Source of the DNA: an uncultured Haloferula sp.
GTDB taxonomy: Bacteria > Verrucomicrobiota > Verrucomicrobiia > Verrucomicrobiales > Akkermansiaceae
DNA: 64,000 nt
Assembly: GCA_965652295.1 (NCBI GenBank)
Contig: CBFGTS010000004.1
Location: forward strand, 233,046-297,045
Direction of reading: 5' to 3'
The notes beneath the pieces are model-generated. The model did no database searches and was not told where the DNA came from. It saw nothing but the letters and a program-made list of their open reading frames with translations. Made by a program: the position numbers and the translations under genes. Positions 10,009-21,702 of the stretch are shown here, piece after piece. Position 1 is the stretch's first letter, and every line of letters starts with the position of its first letter.

Positions 10009-10027
10009 AATGAGACGGGGTTGCAAT
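10009..10027. promoter_or_regulatory. Putative Fur-like iron box upstream of feoA
   Basis: AATGAGA-CGGGG-TTGCAAT, imperfect 19-bp dyad 20 bp upstream of the feoA ATG. Confidence 0.45.
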
Positions 10028-10059
10028 AGCAAACTGAGAGGCTTCCTGAATTTCCCCGA

Positions 10060-10551
10060 CTACACGGGCGGGAGCGCGCGGGCGATCTCCAAGAGCAGAC
10101 CTTTGCAGGCGTCTTCGACGATGTCGGCGACCCGGTCGAAGCCGCTCTGGCCTCCGTAGTAGGGATCCGGCACATGGTCGGCCTCCAGAGCGGTGCAGTA
10201 GCGGGTGAGAAGGTGGATCTTCGGATGGGTGTCGCCGTTGGGATCGAGGCTGCGGACGTCGGAAAGATTGTCTTGGTCGGCCACCAGGATGAGGTCGAAG
10301 CGATCGAGATCCCGCCGCTGGATCTGGCGCGCCGCACCGTGGATGGGATAGCCGCGTTGCTTGAGGGTGGCGGCCATGCGGCGGTCGGGCTCGTGTCCGG
10401 CGTGGTAGCCGATGGTGCCGGCGGAGTCTGCCTCGATGCGATCGGCCAGGCCGGCCTCGTGGACCAGGTGGGTGAAGACGATCTCGGCCGCAGGAGAGCG
10501 GCAGATGTTTCCCATGCAGACGAACAGGACTCGGAACGGGTGGGATTTCAT
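10060..10551 (-). CDS. Low-molecular-weight protein-tyrosine phosphatase
   Basis: VCMGNICRSP P-loop, DSAGT, VPDPYYG. Confidence 0.94.
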   Translation of the reverse strand: MKSHPFRVLFVCMGNICRSPAAEIVFTHLVHEAGLADRIEADSAGTIGYHAGHEPDRRMAATLKQRGYPIHGAARQIQRRDLDRFDLILVADQDNLSDVRSLDPNGDTHPKIHLLTRYCTALEADHVPDPYYGGQSGFDRVADIVEDACKGLLLEIARALPPV

Positions 10552-10644
10552 GGCGGAAGACGGCTCACTTCTTGTCCGCACGTTTTCGTCGTGTGGCAAC
10601 CAAATGCGCGCAACTCCGCGACCTCCGGAGGGTTGCCCTCCATC

Positions 10645-11991
10645 ATGGCCATGAATTCATCCGTCACCATCGGTGTCGCAGCCCTGCTTCTGGGGGGCGT
10701 CGGCGGTTTTATCGCAGGGAAATCCGGCGGCTCGGATGCCGGTGACGCCCCCGCCGCGGGCGGGCACGAGGCGAAAATGCGTCGCGAGGCTTCCGTTGAC
10801 TCCGGGCAGGAAACCGGCTCCGGCTCCCGTCCCCGCAGCGTGCAGGAAGCGCTGGGTGAGGCGGGCCAGCTCGCGCGCATGCAGTCGCTCGTGGATCTTT
10901 ACGAAAACATGAGCATCGAGGAACTCGCGGCCGCCGCGGATTCGCTTGAGGATCTGCCGATGGGCGATCGTATCCTCGCTTCCATCCTGCTATTCAGCCG
11001 CTGGGGCGAGGTCGATCCGCAGGGCGCGCTGGCTTACAGCCAGACGATGGGTTTCGGCGGCATGTTCGCGCGGCCCACGATTCTCCGCAGCTGGGCCAGT
11101 GTCGATCCGGTTAATGCGGCCAAGTATTACTCCGAGAACGCGAGCGATTTCCGCGGCCCGGGCGGTCGCGGGCGCGGTGGCGAAGACGGTGCCGATGTGG
11201 TCGCCCGCGAATGGGCGAAGCTCGATCCGGAAGCGGCGCTCGCATGGGCGAACACGCTTGAGGGCGGGGACCAGGGCAGTGCGCTGGTTTCCGTGGTGGG
11301 CGAGGTGGCCGCCACCGATCCCGCCAAGGCGGCCGCGATGGCCGCGACTCTGAGTGGTGACGATCAGGTCCGCGCCTACGGCGAAATCGCCGGGAAATGG
11401 GCCTCCGAGGATTTCGATGCGGCCAAGAGCTGGATCAACACGCTCAGCGGTGAAGCCAAGGAGCGGGCGATGTCGGAGGCGCTTCAGGTGCTGGCCCGGA
11501 CGGATCCGGATGCCGCCGCAGCCGAGCTGGCGACGATGACCGAGGGCAATTACCGGGACCGCACCGTGGCCGTGCTGGCCGGAGAAATGGCCGAAACCGA
11601 TCCCGCGCGAGCTGCCGAGTGGCTGGGTAGCCAGGAGACGGGCGACTACGGCGACGCGATGCGCCGGATCATGAACAACTGGGCGGCGCAGGATTCAGCC
11701 GGGGCCCTGACCTTCATCGAAGCCCAACCCGTGGGCGAAGTACGCGATGCGGCCACGCAGACCTACCTTTGGCAAAATCAAAGCCTTGAGCCCGCCCGGG
11801 CCGTGGCACTGGCAGAGGCCATCACCGATGATCGCGACCGCAACCGCACGATCGGCATGACGGCTCGTCGCTGGATGGAGAGCGACCCGGCTGCGGCCCG
11901 TGCCTATGTGGAGTCGAGCACCGCCCTGAGCGATCGGGCCAAGGAACGGATTCTCGACGGGCGCGGAGGGGGCTGGGGCCGCGGTCGTTAA
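10645..11991 (+). CDS. Membrane-anchored alpha-helical repeat protein (hypothetical)
   Basis: N-terminal TM; recurring W...DP.AA..W units; RGG-rich patches. Confidence 0.7.
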   Translation: MAMNSSVTIGVAALLLGGVGGFIAGKSGGSDAGDAPAAGGHEAKMRREASVDSGQETGSGSRPRSVQEALGEAGQLARMQSLVDLYENMSIEELAAAADSLEDLPMGDRILASILLFSRWGEVDPQGALAYSQTMGFGGMFARPTILRSWASVDPVNAAKYYSENASDFRGPGGRGRGGEDGADVVAREWAKLDPEAALAWANTLEGGDQGSALVSVVGEVAATDPAKAAAMAATLSGDDQVRAYGEIAGKWASEDFDAAKSWINTLSGEAKERAMSEALQVLARTDPDAAAAELATMTEGNYRDRTVAVLAGEMAETDPARAAEWLGSQETGDYGDAMRRIMNNWAAQDSAGALTFIEAQPVGEVRDAATQTYLWQNQSLEPARAVALAEAITDDRDRNRTIGMTARRWMESDPAAARAYVESSTALSDRAKERILDGRGGGWGRGR

Positions 11992-12653
11992 TCGGCAGAG
12001 TTTGGATCTTCGGCAGGGGCGGGAGCCGCGGTTTCGACCGCCTCCTGCCCTTCTTCTTCCGCATCGGCCGGGGCTTCGGTGGGAGCCGCGCCGCGTGAGA
12101 GATCGTGAACCAGCGACCGTCCGGGATGGTCCGAGTTATAACGGATGCTGAGCCCGAGATAGAGTGCGAGGAGCGCGAGAAGGGCGAATACCGCAACCGG
12201 CATCGGGCGCTGCAAGGCATGAAGGCTTTCGCGCAGGCTTTCCTTTTCCGCCTCGGTCACGAAAGCCCGCATTTTTGGGTGATCGTCCGATTTCTCCGAG
12301 TCATCGAGGACGACCGCAGAAGGGGAATCGTCTTCTTCCGAAAGCGCGGCCTGTTCGTCCTCCGTCAACGTGAAATGAAACTCCACGTCGCCGAGAAAGA
12401 CCTTCCGGCCATCGATCAGCGGGGAGGTTTCGCGGGGGACTCCGCTGAGCTTCGTGCCATTGGTCGAGCCGAGGTCGCGGATCTGGAAGCCGCCCGGCAC
12501 CCGCTCCATCACGGCGTGGTTGACCGAGACCGAGGCGCAGTCGATCACGACGTCGTTTTCGCTGCCCCGGCCCAGGGTGACCGCCTGGCGATCGAGCGAG
12601 AACCGGTAGGGTTGCGAGTTTTTTCCAGGAGGAGTGATGATGACACGCGGCAT
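11988..12653 (-). CDS. FHA domain membrane protein
   Basis: LGRG, SVS..H, DLGSTNGT FHA motifs; one TM near the C-terminus. Confidence 0.88.
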   Translation of the reverse strand: MPRVIITPPGKNSQPYRFSLDRQAVTLGRGSENDVVIDCASVSVNHAVMERVPGGFQIRDLGSTNGTKLSGVPRETSPLIDGRKVFLGDVEFHFTLTEDEQAALSEEDDSPSAVVLDDSEKSDDHPKMRAFVTEAEKESLRESLHALQRPMPVAVFALLALLALYLGLSIRYNSDHPGRSLVHDLSRGAAPTEAPADAEEEGQEAVETAAPAPAEDPNSAD

Positions 12654-12794
12654 GGTACAGGAAACGTCGGTTGGAGCCGCTTTCTAGCGGCCGTCTGAGG
12701 GATTCGCACGGAAAATTCCCATCCCGGCGTGGCATCATGGAAATCGCGAAATGCCGGTTGCCAAGGGGAGGGCGGTTTGCTGGACTACGCTCCC

Positions 12795-13115
12795 ATGGCG
12801 AGCGCAACCAATGTTTTGTCGAGCGGAATCGAAATCACCGGTTCCATCCGTTTCTCCAATGACATGATCATCGACGGCCAGATCGAAGGAGAAATCATCT
12901 CGGAAAAGGGCAAGGTGACCATCGGCGAGAACGCCAGGGTCAAGGGCGACATCACCGCCGGCGAGGTGAAGGTCTTCGGCAATGTCGAAGGCAAGATCAC
13001 GTCCGAGCGTTGCGAGTTGAAGTCGAAGAGCCGCCTCACGGGCGACATCAAGACGAAGAACCTTTCGATGGAAGAAGGAGCGTCGCTTTCCGGGCGCACC
13101 GACATCGGCGGTTGA
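12795..13115 (+). CDS. Bactofilin (polymer-forming cytoskeletal protein)
   Basis: I.G.I.F...IDG..EG.I, VTIGENA.V.G.I, G.V.G.I, L.MEEGA...G beta-helix pattern. Confidence 0.9.
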   Translation: MASATNVLSSGIEITGSIRFSNDMIIDGQIEGEIISEKGKVTIGENARVKGDITAGEVKVFGNVEGKITSERCELKSKSRLTGDIKTKNLSMEEGASLSGRTDIGG

Positions 13116-13191
13116 CCGTTGGAACCGCGACTCTTCCTCCAAGCACGCTCCGACCTCACGGTCCGGAGCGTTTTTCATGCAGGCGGATGGC

Positions 13192-13797
13192 CTAACCGCC
13201 GAACCGGCGACAGATCCAGGCGACCCGTGCGGCCACCGACTCCATCTCGAGGAGCGTCTGGCGCTCGTCGGGGTCTTGGATGAATTGCTGCGACATCACA
13301 TCGCAGAGAATCGCGGGATCGTCGATCGGTTCGCACATCGCGCGGAAGGCGTCGCCGACTTCGGCGGAAAACGAAGACAGGGCTCCCTCCGCGGCTTCCC
13401 TGAGAGCTTCGACGGCCGCCGGGGCCTGACTTTCGGGCTCGAAGATCGAGGGCACCGGCTCGATCCGCGTCGTCGGGTAGTCCGTCCCCCGGAGCCATTC
13501 GCGGAAGCGCACGCGGATGACGCCATGAAGTAGGAGATTCGACGTTCCGTCCTCAAGCTCGCGCGAGGCGCGCACGAGCCCGATGGTCCCGATCTGCGGC
13601 ACGCAGTCGGCCGGATCTTCGGTTTCCTCGCCCTGCAACCGGGCCACCGCAAAGAAGCAATGGTCGGCCAGCACGTCAGCCAGCATCGCCTTGTAGCGGG
13701 GTTCGAAAATCCGGAGGGGCAGGCCGCCGTGGGGGAACACGACGCAGTCGGGCAGCAGCATGACACCGCAGGTCTCCGGGATTTGCAGGGAAGACAT
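13192..13797 (-). CDS. LON peptidase substrate-binding domain protein
   Basis: VVFP...LPLRIFEPRY..M, IGT.G, DG...L...G..R, RQ.LLE. Confidence 0.88.
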   Translation of the reverse strand: MSSLQIPETCGVMLLPDCVVFPHGGLPLRIFEPRYKAMLADVLADHCFFAVARLQGEETEDPADCVPQIGTIGLVRASRELEDGTSNLLLHGVIRVRFREWLRGTDYPTTRIEPVPSIFEPESQAPAAVEALREAAEGALSSFSAEVGDAFRAMCEPIDDPAILCDVMSQQFIQDPDERQTLLEMESVAARVAWICRRFGG

Positions 13798-13842
13798 GGC
13801 AGGAGCTGAATCGCGCCCGCCACGCATGGCAACCGCATTCTC

Positions 13843-14244
13843 CTATTTCCGCCGCGGCTCCGAGGTTTCGCAGGGCTCGCCGCAGTAGGGGCAGCGGAAG
13901 AAGCGGGTAAAGCTAACACGCAGAGCGAGATAGAGGCGTGTGCTGCCGAAGATCGACTTGCGATGGCGCGAGTTCATCGTCGCCCCCGAACGGCGGAACA
14001 GCCTGACCTGGCAGAGCGGGCAACGGATGCTTCCCGACATGGCAAAACCAACGACTCCCAGAAAGCAAAGGCCGCCGATCACGCCGAGGGCCCAATACAA
14101 GCTTGGCTGATGCCCGAGGAAGAAGCCACGGACCAAAAAAACCGCGAGGGCGACCCAGAGAAGCGGGAAAATCAGATGAAGACCAGCGGCCGCGCGGAGG
14201 CGGGTCAGCGACCTAGAACTCGAGAATCGATGCACGCAAGTCAA
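13843..14244 (-). CDS. Hypothetical membrane protein with zinc-ribbon-like CxxC pairs (start uncertain)
   Basis: Two hydrophobic helices followed by CPLC and CPYC. Confidence 0.55.
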   Translation of the reverse strand: MTCVHRFSSSRSLTRLRAAAGLHLIFPLLWVALAVFLVRGFFLGHQPSLYWALGVIGGLCFLGVVGFAMSGSIRCPLCQVRLFRRSGATMNSRHRKSIFGSTRLYLALRVSFTRFFRCPYCGEPCETSEPRRK

Positions 14245-14415
14245 CTAACTCGCCTTTATTATTCGTGCCATCAGCAATTTACCCAAATTTGGTCATCCAG
14301 CATAATGAGTTGATGAATAGTGATTTACGTTTCTTTGAAGGCCTGTCGGCAGTCGAGCGGCCGCGGGTTTTTCGACTAGCGCATGCGGCAGATCGGGGCA
14401 TGCTCCCGCCCCGCG

Positions 14416-16657
<2,242 letters not shown>

Positions 16658-16688
16658 GCCTTTCCGGCATCGCCGACCCGATTCATTC

Positions 16689-16721
16689 AAGCCCGTCCCG
16701 GTTCGCCGGGGCGGGCTTTTT
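16689..16721 (+). terminator. Rho-independent terminator after gap
   Basis: AAGCCCGTCCCGG-TTCG-CCGGGGCGGGCTTTTT. Confidence 0.85.
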
Positions 16722-16772
16722 GATGACGGCAGGCAGCGCTTGTGCCCGATCCAAACAGGGTGAGGTCCGCTT

Positions 16773-17549
16773 TTACTCGATGCCGTTGGCCTCGAGGAAG
16801 TCGTCCGGGATCGAGTCAGTCAATCGGCCGATCAGCGCGTAGTAGAAGAGCTGGGTGCCTTCCATCGACAGCCGGTGGCGGTACAGCTCGAGATGGTGGA
16901 CGTGCATGTATTTCGAGAAAATCAGCGCCCGGATCAGCTTCGACAGGCCCGCCTGGTCGTTGTGATCGAGGAAGCTCTCCTTGATGTTGAAGGCCAGCCA
17001 GCCATCGGTGCGGATGTGCTTGAGCGCGCTGAAGAACGCCTTCGGGGGAATGTCGCCGAAGCCGAGCGCCGCCACGCAGGTCAGGCAGTCGAATTGCCAG
17101 TCGGCAAGCGTCTTGGACTCGTCTTCGCGGAGATCGGTGAAATCGGTGACCAGGTAGTCGTCGTAAACGTGCGGCCGATCGCGGAAGGCGGCGTCGCGCG
17201 CCTCGGGGATGATGTCGGCTCCGACCAGTCGTGCCGCTCCTTCGCGCTTGAGTTCTTCGGCCATCATCCCGTTGCCGGCACCGAGGTCGAGGATCCGAAG
17301 CTCCGTCACCGGCTCGCGCACCGAGGTCAGCGCCCGGATCAGGATCTCGGTCACCTTGGCCGGCGAGTTGCACTTCAGGCGGTCGTAGAAAAGCTGCTCG
17401 TAGAGGCCCGGACGGCGGTAGATCTCGTCGTAGTCGTGGAACCTCATGCGGATCCGTTTTCCGTCCTCGATCAGGTGGAAGAAAACCTCGTCCTGGGCCT
17501 GGGCGTGGGCTGCGGCGGGCGGAAACTGGATGTGGTGGCGTGGTAACAT
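16773..17549 (-). CDS. Class I SAM-dependent methyltransferase
   Basis: ILDLGAGNG, LVGADI motifs. Confidence 0.8.
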   Translation of the reverse strand: MLPRHHIQFPPAAAHAQAQDEVFFHLIEDGKRIRMRFHDYDEIYRRPGLYEQLFYDRLKCNSPAKVTEILIRALTSVREPVTELRILDLGAGNGMMAEELKREGAARLVGADIIPEARDAAFRDRPHVYDDYLVTDFTDLREDESKTLADWQFDCLTCVAALGFGDIPPKAFFSALKHIRTDGWLAFNIKESFLDHNDQAGLSKLIRALIFSKYMHVHHLELYRHRLSMEGTQLFYYALIGRLTDSIPDDFLEANGIE

Positions 17550-17699
17550 GAGAGGGCAGGCCAACAAGCCAGCCCGCGAAGGTCAAGGAGGGGCGGTGGG
17601 TTTCGGGGACCAGAAGGCCCCAACGCTCCGCGCAAGCCGTCTGCCAGAGCGTGTGGAAGGGGCGGATCCGCAGGGAGGCAGGCTCGCCCCTCCGGCGAC

Positions 17700-18680
17700 T
17701 CATCTTTGGGTGCCGGACTTGAACAGCTGGAACAGCTCGCTGTCGGTGGAGAGGATCAAAGAGGTCTTGGAATCGATCACGTTTTCGTAAACCTCCAGCG
17801 TGCGGGTGAAGTCGTAGAGGTCCTGCGCCTGCTGGGTCTGGTTGTAGGCGTTGGCGTAGATCGCGGTGGCGCTGGCGTCGGCCTTGCCCTTGATCTCCTG
17901 GACCTGGCGGTAGGCCTCCGACTGGATTTCCCGTAGTTCACGCTCCATGTTGCCGAGGATCTTCGCGGCCTCCCCGGCACCTTCGGAGCGGAAACGCTCG
18001 GCGATCTGCTGCCGCTCGGTGATCATCCGCTCGAAGATCCGCTGCTGGACCGAGGGGTTGTAGTTGATCCGCTTGAAGCGGACGTCGAGCAGCGCGATGC
18101 CGAACTCGGCCAGCTTCGGAGTGGCTTTTTCAAGAATCTGCTGCTCCATCGCGTTGCGGCCGACCCGGATGGGTTTGAGCACGCCGATGTTACCGGTCAT
18201 GTCGGCCTCGACGATTTCAGTCGACTGCAAAGGTTTGCGGCCCTTGGTCGTCCGGACCACCTCGATGAGTTCGTGCTTGGCCACCGTGTTGCGGGTTTCC
18301 GAGCCGAGGATGTCGTCCAGCCGCGATTGGGCACTGCGTTCGTCGCGGAGCCGCTCGAAGTATTTGAGGGGATCGGCGATCCGCCAGCGTCCGAAGGTGT
18401 CGACCCGGATGTAGGTCTTGTCCTTGGTCGGCATCTCGGTCGGCGTTCCATCCCAGTCGAGGATGCGGCGCTCGATGAGGTTCACTTTCTGAATGAAGGG
18501 CGTTTTGAATTTCAGGCCGGCCTCAGTGACCGGATCGCCGACCGGCTTGCCGAACTGGGTGATGATCGCCTGATGCGTTTCGGAAATCGTATAAGCCGAG
18601 GACGAGACGATCACGATCAGGGCGAGAACGACGAGCGCCCCGAGGCAACCGATCGCGGCGGATTTGGGTGAGGGGCTCAT
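17700..18680 (-). CDS. hflC: FtsH protease modulator HflC
   Basis: QFGKP, PFIQ, TKDK, WRI.DP, RM..ER..IA..FRSEG. Confidence 0.95.
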   Translation of the reverse strand: MSPSPKSAAIGCLGALVVLALIVIVSSSAYTISETHQAIITQFGKPVGDPVTEAGLKFKTPFIQKVNLIERRILDWDGTPTEMPTKDKTYIRVDTFGRWRIADPLKYFERLRDERSAQSRLDDILGSETRNTVAKHELIEVVRTTKGRKPLQSTEIVEADMTGNIGVLKPIRVGRNAMEQQILEKATPKLAEFGIALLDVRFKRINYNPSVQQRIFERMITERQQIAERFRSEGAGEAAKILGNMERELREIQSEAYRQVQEIKGKADASATAIYANAYNQTQQAQDLYDFTRTLEVYENVIDSKTSLILSTDSELFQLFKSGTQR

Positions 18681-19705
18681 TGGGTGCGGGCGGGAGGTTG
18701 GAGATTGTCGAGATTGAGCAGTGGCAGGATGCCCTTGGCTTCTTCGTCCAGGATGATCTTGCGCCCCAGTTTCGGGAGCACCTTGCTCATGGTTTCGAGG
18801 TAGAGGCGGCGGTTCGTCACCGCCGGCGCCTTCACGTACTCGGCGTAGAGCGAGTTGAAACGGGCGGCGTCGCCCTCGGCTTCGTTGATCCGCTGACTGG
18901 CGTAGCCGCGGGCGTCGCTGATCTTCCGCTCGGCCTCGCCGCGCGCCTTCGGCACCTGTTGGTTGTAGAGCCCGTAGGCTTGGTTGATCGATTTCTCCCG
19001 TTCCTGCTGCGCCTGGTTGACCTCGTTGAAGGAGGCCTGCACGGGACGGGGAGGATCGACGTTCTTGAGCTGGACCTGGTCGATCGTCAGCCCCATGGCG
19101 TAGCGATTGGTCAGTTGCTGGAGCTTCAGCAGGGCCTCGGCTTCGATTTCCTGGCGGCCTACGGTGAGGACTTCATCCACCGTGCGGTCGCCGACCGCCT
19201 CGCGCATCACGGATTCGGAGGCGTGGCGCAGGGTTCTGTCCGGATCGCGCACACTGAAGAGATACTCGCGGGGATTATCGATCCGGAATTGAACGACCCA
19301 TTCGACCGTGGCCGCGTTGAGATCGCCGGTGACCATCTGGCTCTCCGACTGTTGCTCATCCGGGCTGGCTGCCTGGTAGCGGTAGGTCGCCCCAGAAGTG
19401 GAAAAACCGAACTCCTGCTTCATTTGCCGACGGACCGCCACCTTCCGCACCCGGTCGATGCCGTAGGGAAGCTTGAAGCGCAGCCCGGGCTCGGTGGTGT
19501 CCGAATAGCGCCCGAATCGCAGCACCACCCCGACTTCCTCAGCGTCGATCTGGTAAAAGGAGGTCCACGCACCAATCACGAGGAGCAGGGCCGCGGGCAG
19601 GGCGAGTAGGGCTTTGCCCTGAAGTTGGATCTTGGGCACGGTGATGACGCGGGGTGCACGCTTGGTGCGCGGTGGGAGATCGGGAGGTCCGTTTGGGGCA
19701 GCCAT
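18677..19705 (-). CDS. hflK: FtsH protease modulator HflK
   Basis: GVVLRFG, MVTGD.N, PP.PV..SFNEV, ARGEA, RLYLETM. Confidence 0.95.
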   Translation of the reverse strand: MAAPNGPPDLPPRTKRAPRVITVPKIQLQGKALLALPAALLLVIGAWTSFYQIDAEEVGVVLRFGRYSDTTEPGLRFKLPYGIDRVRKVAVRRQMKQEFGFSTSGATYRYQAASPDEQQSESQMVTGDLNAATVEWVVQFRIDNPREYLFSVRDPDRTLRHASESVMREAVGDRTVDEVLTVGRQEIEAEALLKLQQLTNRYAMGLTIDQVQLKNVDPPRPVQASFNEVNQAQQEREKSINQAYGLYNQQVPKARGEAERKISDARGYASQRINEAEGDAARFNSLYAEYVKAPAVTNRRLYLETMSKVLPKLGRKIILDEEAKGILPLLNLDNLQPPARTQ

Positions 19706-19804
19706 AATGGTTGAGAGCGGTCCCACCGTGGGGTCCCTCCTGGCTTCCTACCAGTGTAAACCGCCAGGATCGGAGGAGGCCGTGGAAGGAGGGCCCTTGA
19801 TAGG

Positions 19805-19967
19805 ATTGTTTGATCGAAACAATGGATGGTTTTGGAGATCGATGATCGGACGGATGGCTTTTGATCTTAAACAAGAAACAATGAAAAAAACGGAAATTGG
19901 GAAAAAGAGAAATCTCCACCGCATGTTTCAGCAACCAGTTGCAGCGCGCCGAACGAAACAATCGTTC
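19805..19967. promoter_or_regulatory. AT-rich hflK/malQ divergent control region with operator-like palindromes
   Basis: ATTGTTT-N5-AAACAAT (19805-19823); GAACGA-N5-TCGTTC (19951-19967); GAAACAAT three times. Confidence 0.4.
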
Positions 19968-20058
19968 CAATCGATCTTTGGTTATCTGAAGCGTCGGGTT
20001 GATGTTTCCCGCTGTCGGCGGGCTTGCGCCGGGCGCGCCGCAGGCTCAAGAGTAAGCC

Positions 20059-21702
20059 GTGAAGGAAAGGATGGCTGGTTTGCTGCTCCCGGTGTTCAGC
20101 GCGCGGCGGGATGGAGATCTGGGGATCGGAGACACGCGGGCTCTTCGGGAGTGGGTGGATCTTTGTGCCGGGTATTCGGTCGGATTTCTCCAGCTTCTGC
20201 CGATCAATGAAATGGGGGCGGACGACAGCCCCTACAACGCCCTATCGGCCGTAGCTCTGGAGCCTCTGTTTCTGACCATGGAGGAGGTTCCCGGGGTGGA
20301 GGAGTCCCAGTTGGTGGCGGCGCGTCGCGGAGTGCCCGGCGGGCCTGTCGACTATCCGTCTGTGCGCCAGCGGAAACGGGCTTTGCTACGCGCGGCCTGG
20401 GAGCGATGGGATCAGCAGGGAGAGGCGCTTCATGAGGAATTCGCCAGGTTTTGCCGCGCCGAGGAGGCTTGGTTGGCGGATTATGGTGCGTTCCGGGTTT
20501 TGACGGAGCTGCATGGCACGGCGGCTTGGGAGAGTTGGCCGGAGCTGCATCAATCGATCGGGGGAGCGAGGGCGGTTGCGGCGGAGCGGACGGACGAGAT
20601 GGACTACTACGCGTGGCTTCAGTGGCTGTGTTTCCGTCAATGGCGGGAGGTCCGGCGTCATGCCGACCGAATGGGAGTGCGGTTGATGGGTGACATTCCG
20701 ATCGGGGTGAGCCGTTCCTCCGCCGATGTGTTTTTCGGTCGCGACGATTTCGATCTGGCCTGGTGTGGCGGCGCGCCGCCCGAAAAGGTCTTCAAGCACG
20801 ATGCGTTCATTCGCAAGTGGGGTCAGAACTGGGGCATCCCCCTCTACCGTTGGGGTAAGATGCGGGCCGAAGGTTTCCCCTGGTGGCGGCGGCGGATCGA
20901 CAAGCTGACCGACGTTTTCCACATTTTCCGCATCGATCACGTCCTCGGGTTCTATCGCATCTATGCGTTTCCCTGGACTCCGGACCGGAACGGCGAATTC
21001 CTTGAGCTGACGGGCGCGGAGGCGGCGGAGATCACCGGCGGCGAGCTGCCGCGATGGGTGCCGCGTCCCGACGACTACGAGACGAACTGCGACGCCAATC
21101 GCGCCGATGGCGACCGCCGCCTGAGGGTCGTCCAAGAGGCTGCGGGCGCGGCCGAAGTGGTGGCGGAGGATCTCGGTTGCGTGCCCGATTACGTGCGTCC
21201 GCATCTGGCATCGCTTGGGATCCCGGGCTTTCGCATCCCTCATTGGGATTTGGATGAGGAACAGCGGGTGATCCCTGGTGCGGAATTTCCCGAGTGCTCC
21301 TTTGCCACCTGGGCGACTCATGACCACGATTCGATCCCCGCGATGTGGGAGGATTTTCGTCGACGGGCTTCGGAGAGTAACCCGGATGTGGACGATCGCC
21401 TGGAGATCCTCGTGGCATGGAAGGCGATGGCGGACTTCGCCGGGATCAAGCCGGCCGGGGCCTTCAGCGGGGAAATCCTCTGGAGCTTGATCGGTGCCTT
21501 GATGACCTGCCGTTCGCGACTCGCTGCGATCATGATCACGGATCTCTACGGTCTGCCCGACCGGATCAACAGTCCCGGCACGGTGGGGCCGCGGAATTGG
21601 ACCTTCCGCGTACCGGAGACGGCGGCGGAAAGCCGGAGCCGACCCGAGTGGATGCGTTGGAAATCGCTCATTCAGGAGGCCGGGCGGGGCCTGGGATCAT
21701 GA
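20059..21702 (+). CDS. malQ: 4-alpha-glucanotransferase (GH77)
   Basis: QLLPI, SPY, GDIPIGV, GAPP, GQNWG.P.Y, RIDH..G, AEDLG, THD, IN.PGT...NW. Confidence 0.93.
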   Translation: MKERMAGLLLPVFSARRDGDLGIGDTRALREWVDLCAGYSVGFLQLLPINEMGADDSPYNALSAVALEPLFLTMEEVPGVEESQLVAARRGVPGGPVDYPSVRQRKRALLRAAWERWDQQGEALHEEFARFCRAEEAWLADYGAFRVLTELHGTAAWESWPELHQSIGGARAVAAERTDEMDYYAWLQWLCFRQWREVRRHADRMGVRLMGDIPIGVSRSSADVFFGRDDFDLAWCGGAPPEKVFKHDAFIRKWGQNWGIPLYRWGKMRAEGFPWWRRRIDKLTDVFHIFRIDHVLGFYRIYAFPWTPDRNGEFLELTGAEAAEITGGELPRWVPRPDDYETNCDANRADGDRRLRVVQEAAGAAEVVAEDLGCVPDYVRPHLASLGIPGFRIPHWDLDEEQRVIPGAEFPECSFATWATHDHDSIPAMWEDFRRRASESNPDVDDRLEILVAWKAMADFAGIKPAGAFSGEILWSLIGALMTCRSRLAAIMITDLYGLPDRINSPGTVGPRNWTFRVPETAAESRSRPEWMRWKSLIQEAGRGLGS

